In this document: in pieces, positions 1 through 7,779 of the stretch
Layout of the letters: each line of letters starts with the position of its first letter
How positions within the stretch are numbered: position 1 is the first letter of the stretch
From: a bacterium
GTDB taxonomy: Bacteria > UBP7 > UBA6624 > JBBIMK01
Direction of reading: 5' to 3'
Assembly: GCA_037444445.1 (NCBI GenBank)
Contig: JBBIMK010000007.1
Location: 30,001 to 62,000 of the forward strand
Length of the DNA: 32,000 nt
Made by a program: the position numbers and the translations under genes
Notes under the pieces: generated by a model
Told to the model about the DNA's origin: nothing
What the model saw: the letters and a program-made list of their open reading frames with translations, nothing else
Databases searched by the model: none

Positions 1-35
1 CCACCCGATCTTTATCCCATCTGAGAATTTTTCCT

Positions 36-524
36 CTAATCTCTGTGAGCATAAGCGTATTCCTTCAAGCCACAAGCCAAAGCCACCCCAATAGCATCCA
101 GGGCATCTACATGCGAATCCTGAATTTCAAACTGGCGGAAAAGGGCATGTCGGATGTCTTGTTTGGAGGAATTGCCGTAGCCGGTGAGGGCGAGTTTCAC
201 TGTTTTGGGGGAGAAAAAACGAATCGGCAAATGGCTTTGCACCGCAGCCAGAAGAACCACCCCTATCACACAACCCATCCTTAAACTCTGTTGGGAGGAA
301 CGAGGATACCCTCCCCATTCCACAGCCACCAGATGGGGAGAATGCAGCTGGACCCAGGTTCTTGCTATCTCGTGCACTTCCATCAAGGTTTGTTCCAGCG
401 TTTGAGATTGCAGTTCGTGGGTTTGCCATCGCAGAATATCCCAGGGATGGGTGGGAGAATGAACCTTTTCAATTACGGAGAGTCCGATGCGATGAATGCC
501 CGGGTCAACTCCCAGAATTCGCAT
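36..524 (-). CDS. ruvC: Crossover junction endodeoxyribonuclease RuvC (Holliday junction resolvase)
   Basis: 162-aa ORF starting MRILGVDPG (RuvC N-terminal catalytic Asp motif) with C-terminal HVDALDAIGVAL acidic motif. Its ATG lies 1 nt after the stop of a YebC-family gene, the classical yebC-ruvC arrangement. Confidence 0.9.
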   Translation of the reverse strand: MRILGVDPGIHRIGLSVIEKVHSPTHPWDILRWQTHELQSQTLEQTLMEVHEIARTWVQLHSPHLVAVEWGGYPRSSQQSLRMGCVIGVVLLAAVQSHLPIRFFSPKTVKLALTGYGNSSKQDIRHALFRQFEIQDSHVDALDAIGVALACGLKEYAYAHRD

Positions 525-525
525 C

Positions 526-1293
526 TCAAATCAACCTGGGAAGCCCTAAAAACTCTTCCATTTTGAAGCCTGAAATATCGTAGTTGGCATAGACTTCTTG
601 AACATCATCCAGGTCTTCCAAGACAGAAATCAGTCGGAGAATTTTCTCAGCGGTTTCATCCTCCTCCACTCGGACCAGTTGTCGGGGCACGAAAGTGATT
701 TCTGCGCGCTCAAAAGTGATGGGCAGTTTAGAGAGTTCCGCTTTGATATGGGTCAAATCTTTCGGGTCACAAATGACTTCAAAGACTCCATCCTCTATGG
801 TGACATCCTGGGCACCCACATCGGCGGCGATGTCAAAAAACTCCAGGTTGGGCACGGTGCCGATATTGCCCACCAACAGCCCCTTTTTATCAAACATCCA
901 TGCCACACTACCTTTTTCCGCCAGGTTACCACCATATTTAGAGAACAGATGTTTCAAGTCTCCTGAGGTCCGATTCCGATTATCCGTGACGGTGCGAATC
1001 AAAATGGCAATACCCGCCGGGCCATATCCTTCATAGAAAACCTCCTCAAAATTTGCCCCCTCTTCTCCACCCAATCCCCGGTTGATGGCGCGTTCTACCG
1101 TATCCGAGGGCATATTGATTTCACGGGCTTTATCAACGGCTTTCCGAAGGCGAGGGTTTGCCTCCAGGTCGCTACCGCCCGCTTTCGCCGCCACGGTCAA
1201 TTCCCGAATAATCTTCGCAAACTGCTGCCCTTTACGGGCATCCATCGCCGCTTTCCGATGCTTGATATTTGCCCATTTAGAGTGTCCGGACAT
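526..1293 (-). CDS. yebC: YebC/PmpR-family probable transcriptional regulator
   Basis: MSGHSKWANIKHRKAAMDARKG N-terminus is the family signature. The track ORF starts at 1311, but GAGGTGG (1302-1308) sits 8 nt before the ATG at 1293, so 1293 is called as the start. Confidence 0.9.
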   Translation of the reverse strand: MSGHSKWANIKHRKAAMDARKGQQFAKIIRELTVAAKAGGSDLEANPRLRKAVDKAREINMPSDTVERAINRGLGGEEGANFEEVFYEGYGPAGIAILIRTVTDNRNRTSGDLKHLFSKYGGNLAEKGSVAWMFDKKGLLVGNIGTVPNLEFFDIAADVGAQDVTIEDGVFEVICDPKDLTHIKAELSKLPITFERAEITFVPRQLVRVEEDETAEKILRLISVLEDLDDVQEVYANYDISGFKMEEFLGLPRLI

Positions 1294-1321
1294 CGTTCCA
1301 TCCACCTCCATACAAATTGTA

Positions 1322-2689
1322 TCAGAAAATCTTACGAATTCCGACTATGGGGCGAGACTTGTTCCCTCGCTCCACTCCAGCAAAGAGAGAAAATTTTTTC
1401 TCCACCTCTAAGGCGAACAGAATTTGATATTGGAGCGAAATATCCTGCTGACGATACCACCACACATTCGCCTCTACGAAGAGATTCGGATTTGACCACG
1501 AAAATTCCAGGGAGGGACGGTGCCTGCGTGTTCCCACTCCCAGAGACACATCCCGGTGGCCCCCATAGCCAAAATACCACAGCAGGTCATTGGCTCTGCC
1601 CCAATCTTCTCCACCCAGTTTCATATACCAGCCCGATTCCGGCTGTTCAACTCGCAAAAAGGTAAGTGTGGAAACCTGACCTTCAGTCCCGGGTGAGCGT
1701 TTGAACCAAGCACGCACATCCGCACTCCCCTGCACCGATGAGATTTCCTCCGCAACCCCGCGAGCCTTTTTGGTAACCGACTCAATATTTTTCACTGAGG
1801 ATTCAACGGATTGACGGAAAGATTCTGCCCCCAGGGTGTCAGAGAGTTTTTTTAAGTTTTCCGATAGAACTTTCAAATTTTCTATGGTCGTTTTCAGGGT
1901 GTTCTGAAATTCCTCGCTCCCGGCAATTTTTTCAAAATTTTTAGAAATAGTTTCCAGAGAAGCGGCGGAGTTTTCTACCCTCTTCAGGATAGCCTGGGCT
2001 TGCTCACGAATTTCTTTCACGACCCCCCTCGTATCAGTGGAAATCCCTTCCACATTCTGCAAAATGCGATTTAATCTGCTATTCACCTGATTCACGCTGG
2101 AGCGAACCTGCTGGATTAACTCCGATAATTGCTGTGAAGAGTAGGTGATAGAGGGCTGGATATCCTGCAAAATGGCTTGAACTCTGTAAATGACAGAATT
2201 CAGGCTGTCCAGCGTTTGATTCACGGAGGCTGAAACATTTTTCACTTCCACCGATAACTCTGCCACTAAGGTTTCAAAACTGGGGAGGGCGATCCCGATA
2301 TTCTCCGCCGTTCCCTCCGCAGGGATAAACTGATTCTTGGGTTCCTGAGAAGACACCATCAGGGTAGGCTCACCAAAAAAAGTCGGAGTCAATATAGAAA
2401 AAGTGGATTTGACAGGTATTCCCTTTCCGCGGTCTATCCGTAAAATGACCCTGGGCATAAATTTTTCTTTCGTGTCCCATTCCACCCCATCCACCCTCCC
2501 CACCGGGGCCCCATCCAGATATACATTGGTTCCAGGAAGAATTCTGCTCACATCGGTAAAATAAACATAAATCCGATACCCTCGCATGGTTTGAATCCTC
2601 CAATAACCCAGATAAACCATAATGGAAATAAACACCACGAAAAATGTGATAATAAACAGGCCAATCTTCAGTTCCGTCGTCCACCTCAT
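1322..2689 (-). CDS. MCE/MlaD-family protein: N-terminal TM helix, MCE domain, about 190-aa helical repeat region, beta-rich aromatic C-terminal domain
   Basis: 455 aa. N-terminal hydrophobic helix (IGLFIITFFVVFISIMVYLGYW), then YRIYVYFTDVSRILPGTNVYLDGAPVGRVDGVEW typical of MCE domains. ATGA overlap with the upstream MlaF-like ATPase gene. Confidence 0.8.
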   Translation of the reverse strand: MRWTTELKIGLFIITFFVVFISIMVYLGYWRIQTMRGYRIYVYFTDVSRILPGTNVYLDGAPVGRVDGVEWDTKEKFMPRVILRIDRGKGIPVKSTFSILTPTFFGEPTLMVSSQEPKNQFIPAEGTAENIGIALPSFETLVAELSVEVKNVSASVNQTLDSLNSVIYRVQAILQDIQPSITYSSQQLSELIQQVRSSVNQVNSRLNRILQNVEGISTDTRGVVKEIREQAQAILKRVENSAASLETISKNFEKIAGSEEFQNTLKTTIENLKVLSENLKKLSDTLGAESFRQSVESSVKNIESVTKKARGVAEEISSVQGSADVRAWFKRSPGTEGQVSTLTFLRVEQPESGWYMKLGGEDWGRANDLLWYFGYGGHRDVSLGVGTRRHRPSLEFSWSNPNLFVEANVWWYRQQDISLQYQILFALEVEKKFSLFAGVERGNKSRPIVGIRKIF

Positions 2690-3483
2690 AGATGAGCCTC
2701 CTCGGTGATTTTTAATGGTCCAATTGGATTTCCATCCAGAAACTGTTTCAAAGCAATCACATCCACTCTATCTTTCAGTGGAAACTCACCTTTTTGAATC
2801 TGGAAGAAAGCATCCCGGTTCTGAATGGTGAGAATCTCACCGCTTTCCACCAGAGCAATATGGTCACCGATATTTTGAACCAGGTGCAAGTCATGAGTGG
2901 CAATCACCGTTAAATCCACGCGTTCTTTTACCCGGTCAATCAACTGACAGATTAAAGAAGAGGTGATGGGGTCTAATCCACCGGTAGGCTCATCAAACAG
3001 AATTACACGAGGCTCTGCGGCCAGGGCGCGAGCCAGTCCCACACGCCGTTTCATTCCGCCGGAGAGTTCAGAAGGGAGCAAAGAAAGAATATCTCCATTC
3101 AACCCCACTGCTTCCAGGAGCCCCTGAACACGCGGCTTCCACTCTTTCATCCGGATGTGCTTTCTCTTCATCGGAAAAACTAAATTTTCCCAGACGCTCA
3201 TAGAATCAAAGAGGGCACCTTCCTGGAAAACGATTCCCACCTGGCTGAAAAATTTTTTTCGTTCCCCCGGCCGTAAGGCAGTCACTTCTATTCCACCACA
3301 CTGAATGCTCCCCTGCACGGGACGGATTAATCCGGCTATGGCTTTCAGGAGTGTGGTCTTCCCGCTTCCACTTCTCCCCAGTAATATAAAAACTTCCCCT
3401 TGCTCCATCTCCAGATGATTGACCCGGAGAACCAATTTGTTCCGATACCCAACAATCACATCCTGAATTGTGCAATATATCAT
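2686..3483 (-). CDS. mlaF: ABC transporter ATP-binding protein, MlaF-like
   Basis: Walker A GRSGSGKTT, signature LSGGMKRRVGLARAL, Walker B ILFDEPTGGLD. Sits between the MlaE-like permease and the MCE protein, with ATGA overlaps on both sides. Confidence 0.85.
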   Translation of the reverse strand: MIYCTIQDVIVGYRNKLVLRVNHLEMEQGEVFILLGRSGSGKTTLLKAIAGLIRPVQGSIQCGGIEVTALRPGERKKFFSQVGIVFQEGALFDSMSVWENLVFPMKRKHIRMKEWKPRVQGLLEAVGLNGDILSLLPSELSGGMKRRVGLARALAAEPRVILFDEPTGGLDPITSSLICQLIDRVKERVDLTVIATHDLHLVQNIGDHIALVESGEILTIQNRDAFFQIQKGEFPLKDRVDVIALKQFLDGNPIGPLKITEEAHL

Positions 3484-4271
3484 GGTTGTCGGAAGATAAA
3501 AATAGTGAGTAGAATATTGGAAATGAGAATATAAATCATAGAAGTGACCACTGCTTCAGTGACCTTATGCCCCAGGTCCACTGCACCTTCTCTCACCGCC
3601 AGTCCTTTATAGGAAGAAACAACGGCGATGATGGCTCCAAAAACGGTCGCTTTCCACAGGCCTTCACGAAGGTAGTGTTGCCGAAAAATCGTCTGAATGG
3701 AAAAAGTATAACTGGTCCAGGTCAAGTTCACTGCCGTTTGAGCGGGATAATATGCCAGGATAATTGCCACATACACCGAGATGGCCACCACCATGGGCGA
3801 CATAAGGATAGAAGCCACAAATCTCGGAAATATGAGATACTGGAAAGGGTCGACTCCGAGGGCTTTCAGGGCATCCACCTGTTCCGTAATTTTCATGGAA
3901 CCCAGCTGAGAAGTGATGCTGGCGCCCACTCTACCTGATAGGATTAAGCCAATAATCACAGGTCCCAGGTCCCTTGCCATGACGGCTGCCACTGCTCCTC
4001 CGATGAGATATTTTCCTGCCCCACCTACATCTGCCACTTGCTGGGCAAGCAAATAACTGGTGGTCATAGCCGCCGTGGTAGAAGCAATGACAGAAATCGG
4101 CAGGGATTCTATCCCCCAAAAAGCCAGTTGTCGTGCAAAAGTATCCCACGCTAAATAATACGGTGGAAATATGCCTTCCACAAACACCAGCACTGCTTCC
4201 CCCACTTCCTCCAATTTCCGAAGGAAATAATTCAACACATCCGAACCCACTTGCTCTATGGCCTGCCACAT
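3480..4271 (-). CDS. mlaE: ABC transporter permease, MlaE family
   Basis: 263 aa, multi-TM, conserved MlaE block GPVIIGLILSGRVGASITSQLGSMKITEQVDALKALGVDPFQYLIFPRF. Confidence 0.9.
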   Translation of the reverse strand: MWQAIEQVGSDVLNYFLRKLEEVGEAVLVFVEGIFPPYYLAWDTFARQLAFWGIESLPISVIASTTAAMTTSYLLAQQVADVGGAGKYLIGGAVAAVMARDLGPVIIGLILSGRVGASITSQLGSMKITEQVDALKALGVDPFQYLIFPRFVASILMSPMVVAISVYVAIILAYYPAQTAVNLTWTSYTFSIQTIFRQHYLREGLWKATVFGAIIAVVSSYKGLAVREGAVDLGHKVTEAVVTSMIYILISNILLTIFIFRQP

Positions 4272-4321
4272 CTTGCCTTCATCCTTCTGTATATATCATA
4301 ACATAGCCTATTTTCGCAATT

Positions 4322-4349
4322 TTGACAAACTATGGAGATAGATTATAAT
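4322..4349 (+). promoter_or_regulatory. Sigma70-type promoter, consensus hexamers
   Basis: TTGACA (4322-4327), 16-nt spacer, TATAAT (4344-4349). About 35 nt upstream of the GTG start at 4385, with GGAGGTG at 4371-4377. Confidence 0.6.
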
Positions 4350-4384
4350 TGCATACTGGCAATTCCAAATGGAGGTGAAGTGAA

Positions 4385-4795
4385 GTGTCTAAAACCACCT
4401 GGTGGGTGATTGGAGTTATCGTAGTGGTCGGGATCATTGTTATCATCTGGAGCAGGGTGAAAGGAGGGGCAGGACCGACGGTAGAACAGCCCCCTCCAAC
4501 TACTGCAATAGAGGAAACTGAGCCGACTAAACCTGCCCTTTCCACACTCTCATTCTCAGTAGAAGGGCTTACTACGGAGGATGCGAAAAGCAAGGTGGAA
4601 GAGGCGGTGAAAGGCGTGGCTGGTGTTACCAATGTTGCAAGTAATTTAGCCACCAACACCCTCACCGTGGAATATGACCCGGCAGTGGTTTCAGATGTAG
4701 AGGCATTGAAGGCAGACATCAAGAAAGCCATTGAGGGCGCAGGGTTTAAGGTGGCAACGGAAACACCTGCCGAACCCACTCCGCCGGGCTCGTAA
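4385..4795 (+). CDS. Membrane-anchored HMA-fold (heavy-metal-associated-like) protein lacking the CxxC metal site
   Basis: GTG start 7 nt after GGAGGTG. N-terminal TM helix (WWVIGVIVVVGIIVIIW), Pro/Thr linker, then LSFSVEGLTTEDAKSKVEEAVKGVAGVTNVASNLATNTLTVEYDP...IEGAGFKV. This matches the HMA beta-alpha-beta-beta-alpha-beta pattern, with GMTCxxC replaced by GLTTEDA. Confidence 0.65.
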   Translation: MSKTTWWVIGVIVVVGIIVIIWSRVKGGAGPTVEQPPPTTAIEETEPTKPALSTLSFSVEGLTTEDAKSKVEEAVKGVAGVTNVASNLATNTLTVEYDPAVVSDVEALKADIKKAIEGAGFKVATETPAEPTPPGS

Positions 4796-4807
4796 GAGCG
4801 TTTCATC

Positions 4808-4847
4808 CTTTCTTCTTCCCCGCTGTAAATTCAGACGAAGAAGAAAG
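4808..4847. terminator. Hairpin between convergent genes (possible bidirectional terminator)
   Basis: CTTTCTTCTTC (4808-4818) pairs with GAAGAAGAAAG (4837-4847), 18-nt loop. Lies between the stop at 4795 (+) and the stop at 4898 (-). The large loop and poor U-tract keep confidence low. Confidence 0.3.
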
Positions 4848-4897
4848 AGGTTTCCCCGCTGTTCTGTCAAGAAGTATTTTTTGACGGGAGGAGGTGG

Positions 4898-6853
4898 TTA
4901 TGGGCAATCCATCTGTTCAGCGGGGTAGGAAAGTAACAAATCCTCTCCCTCCACCGTGAGGAGAAAAGGAGAAGCCCATTGTGCCAAAAAATGTTGATAG
5001 GGGGAAGCCTTACACAGGTGGAATAATATCGTGTTCCCTTTATATTCCACCCTCACCGATAACCCCAGAATTTCTCTCGCAATAAATAGAGTTTTAACCA
5101 GAGGAGTAGATTCGGTAACTCCCGCCAGACTCATCAATTTCTCTATGTAGCCTGGTGGAATCGCTCCAGCCTGAATCCCCTGCCGAAGGATCTTCAGAGC
5201 GGATTCGGGATTGATAGGGGGTATATCCGGTATCAGAAGAAATCTTTGCCTTCTTCCCAGAAAACCCAGAGCGATGGGAATGACGCCGATTCCCACGGCC
5301 AGGATACCCGAAAGAAAGAAGGAAAGAGAGGGGGCTTTGAGTAAGGGGATGGAGAAGTAAATCGTATCAATGAAAAAATGGGCGAAGGCAACCGTCAGTA
5401 AGCCGTATCTCCAGAAGAAGAAAAAGAAAAGGAGGCCGCCGATAGTAAGTTCAATCCCCCGGAAATAAACGGGAAAAACGGAGTAAGTAGAGTGTGCGAA
5501 TGCCCATAAAACGGTGGGTATCAAAGCGGCTAAAGGGGCCCACCTGACCCACCGTTTGAGAATTAAGAAGCCAGCGAAACGGAAGAAAGCCTCTTCCCAG
5601 AATCCTGCAGTAAGAGAGAGAAAAATGGGGGCAAGAGCAGGAATAAACGCCCCATAGGCTGAAGTAAATTCGTTTTCTGCAGGCATCCAGACCCCAAAAT
5701 ATTTTCTCCCCAGTGTGTACAGCACGGCATCATACCCTAAAAAACAAAATGCGATGAAATACCCTGAAAGAGCGGATGTCCAGAGGGACCGGGTGAGCCA
5801 TCGCCCCCGGGACATTTCTCGCAAACCCTTTAATAAACGCTCTTTTTCAGTCATAGAAGCCAGTCCACTTCCAACACCCATCGCAACGAAAATGAAAAAA
5901 GCCAGTCCTCCTGCTTCCAGAAGTACGCCGAAGATAAGCATGAATAGAAATGTCGCATATTGTATGTCAGTGGAATACTGAAAATTCCACATGGGAAAGA
6001 AATTCAAACCCGTCAATAGCGGCCCTATCCCGACCAAAATGGACACAAGAAGAGAAAGGCGATAATCCAATTGCCGTCTGCGGAACAACACAAAGAAATA
6101 ATAGAAGGCACCAATGAAAAGAATCAGAGAGAGAAAGAATGAAGCACCGGCGATAAGGGAACCCCTGGAGCGTTCGGCTTTGTAGTCACGGGTAAATTTC
6201 TCAGGAACTTTCAAGTAATAAAAAAATTCGGTAATCTGGTTTCCGGAAATGGTGACATCTACCCGAAGGTCCGCATCCCCGAAAGTGGGAGATTTGCGCT
6301 TCCAGGTGAAATAATGGTCGGTTCGGTTTTTCTTCTCTTCTGAAGAGGCTTTGACCAGGTCATATTCCGAAGGAGAAAAAGCCATTTCCTTCGTTAAAAA
6401 TTCAAGGGCCTTCTTTTGCGCTTCACTCTGTGGGTGTTTGGCTCCTGCCTCCTCTTCCGGTAAAAGGTGTAGAAAGCGGATGATTTTCCCGTTGGGCATA
6501 ATGGACAGTTTATATTCTTCTTTCTGCAGTGGCTTGAAGTAACGAATATCCCAGAAGAAGAGAGGAACAAACACATCCTGTTCCGGATTCTGGACTTGAT
6601 TGGTTTTCTCCAGCCCAATGACTTTTTGCAAGAAAACTGAAGCATCATCATCTGCAGTAAATAGGACAGCCTCTTTCATATTTTGCACCTGGAGATGATG
6701 CTCGGATAGAAAAGCACGGGCTATTCTGCGAATTTCATTACGAGAGAGGGAGAGGTGGATGGATGCCGAGGGCAGGGCATAGGGATATAATACGATAAAA
6801 AGAAATAATCCTATGGTTCCCAGAGTTCCCAGGATAAAGAACTCGTGCTTCAT
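4898..6853 (-). CDS. CPBP-family (CAAX-type) intramembrane protease, large multi-domain form
   Basis: 651 aa. N-terminal TM plus about 200-aa non-membrane region, many TM helices, CPBP motifs EEAFFR, WAFAH and HFFID, about 110-aa C-terminal soluble tail. Start abuts the stop of the upstream gene. Confidence 0.8.
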   Translation of the reverse strand: MKHEFFILGTLGTIGLFLFIVLYPYALPSASIHLSLSRNEIRRIARAFLSEHHLQVQNMKEAVLFTADDDASVFLQKVIGLEKTNQVQNPEQDVFVPLFFWDIRYFKPLQKEEYKLSIMPNGKIIRFLHLLPEEEAGAKHPQSEAQKKALEFLTKEMAFSPSEYDLVKASSEEKKNRTDHYFTWKRKSPTFGDADLRVDVTISGNQITEFFYYLKVPEKFTRDYKAERSRGSLIAGASFFLSLILFIGAFYYFFVLFRRRQLDYRLSLLVSILVGIGPLLTGLNFFPMWNFQYSTDIQYATFLFMLIFGVLLEAGGLAFFIFVAMGVGSGLASMTEKERLLKGLREMSRGRWLTRSLWTSALSGYFIAFCFLGYDAVLYTLGRKYFGVWMPAENEFTSAYGAFIPALAPIFLSLTAGFWEEAFFRFAGFLILKRWVRWAPLAALIPTVLWAFAHSTYSVFPVYFRGIELTIGGLLFFFFFWRYGLLTVAFAHFFIDTIYFSIPLLKAPSLSFFLSGILAVGIGVIPIALGFLGRRQRFLLIPDIPPINPESALKILRQGIQAGAIPPGYIEKLMSLAGVTESTPLVKTLFIAREILGLSVRVEYKGNTILFHLCKASPYQHFLAQWASPFLLTVEGEDLLLSYPAEQMDCP

Positions 6854-7480
6854 TCAGTCAAAAGGTTCCGTGCGGGGGATGGTGTCCTCCATTTTTACTC
6901 CGAGGGAGAGAGCAATGCGGTTGGAGTAGTTCACGAAGCTTGCCACCAATACGATGTCTAAAATCTCCTGATCGGAAAAGGCTTCCTTTCGCAGGTCTTC
7001 CAGGTCTCGGTCCGTGATGGAAGCCGGGAAAAGAGTGATTTTTTGAACGAACTGAATGATGGCTCGTTCAGGACGAGTCAGAGGAGCTTCAGAAAAATTT
7101 TCCAGGAGGCGTGTAGCCACCACCGGGTTCCCTCCGGCACGCAAATAGGCTTCCCGGTGGTGAGCAATGCTATATTTGCAGTGATTGAGGTGAGACACAG
7201 CGAGAGCAATGAGTTCCCGAACAGGGCGGGTCAGGGAGGAATTGCCATACAGGAGAGTAAAATGCTGGTCCGCGAAGTTCTGCATGGCCTCCCAGTGAAG
7301 GCTTTGGGCGCGAAAGAGATTAGGAATCCACCCGCGTTTGATGCGGACAATCCGGTAAGCCTCTTCCAGCTCTTTCCCCATTTGTGGTGAGTCGGGGTCC
7401 ACATGGGAAATTGCGCAGACCGGAGGCTTGGGTGGATGAAAAATCTCTTCTAATAAACTTTTCTTCTTCACCGGATTCAC
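6854..7480 (-). CDS. Carboxymuconolactone decarboxylase (AhpD-like) family, peroxidase-related protein
   Basis: 208 aa. IPNLFRAQSLHWEAM and ELIALAVSHLNHCKYSIAHH resemble the CMD / peroxidase-related-enzyme family, whose motif is CxxC-xxx-H. Here the second Cys is Ser. Confidence 0.75.
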   Translation of the reverse strand: MNPVKKKSLLEEIFHPPKPPVCAISHVDPDSPQMGKELEEAYRIVRIKRGWIPNLFRAQSLHWEAMQNFADQHFTLLYGNSSLTRPVRELIALAVSHLNHCKYSIAHHREAYLRAGGNPVVATRLLENFSEAPLTRPERAIIQFVQKITLFPASITDRDLEDLRKEAFSDQEILDIVLVASFVNYSNRIALSLGVKMEDTIPRTEPFD

Positions 7481-7516
7481 CCCCTGAAGAACCTAACCCA
7501 CAGGGTATTCAGAAAA

Positions 7517-7711
7517 TTAAAAATCGTCGTCCCCCGGGTCCTCCCTCCGATACGGAAGATAATCTTCCTCCAGTTCTTCCTCATCCCATTCCTGTAAGGT
7601 TTCCTCCTCCCCGAGTTCTTCTTCATCGGAGTCGAAATCTTCTTCTTCTTCCTCCTCCTCCTCGGGCGGTCTGGGTGGAAAAGGAGCCCGTAACGATTCC
7701 TTCTCCGTCAT
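7517..7711 (-). CDS. Small hyper-acidic protein (64 aa, about half Asp/Glu), unknown function
   Basis: The track ORF starts at GTG 7717, but GGAGGTG lies 7 nt before the ATG at 7711. Sequence: MTEKESLRAPFPPRPPEEEEEEEEDFDSDEEELGEEETLQEWDEEELEEDYLPYRREDPGDDDF. TATAAT box at 7755-7760 (minus) upstream. Confidence 0.55.
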   Translation of the reverse strand: MTEKESLRAPFPPRPPEEEEEEEEDFDSDEEELGEEETLQEWDEEELEEDYLPYRREDPGDDDF

Positions 7712-7779
7712 CGGCACTCACCTCCGGTATGTAAGTTCTTTCCCATCGGCAATGATTATACCCCCAAAATTGGAAAAAA

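Noticed and set aside
4330-4806. 158-aa minus-strand ORF opposite the HMA-like gene
   Set aside because: The plus-strand gene has a consensus promoter, an SD and a recognisable fold pattern. The antisense frame has none of these.
7626-7670. CTT/CCT trinucleotide run as a phase-variation tract
   Set aside because: The units are codon-sized, so slippage stays in frame and would only change the length of the poly-Glu stretch. It is an ordinary consequence of the acidic coding bias.
7384-7734. 116-aa Pro-rich plus-strand ORF overlapping the acidic protein gene
   Set aside because: It is the mirror image of the Glu-codon run (GAA/GAG read as TTC/CTC). It has no SD and also overlaps the CMD gene start.
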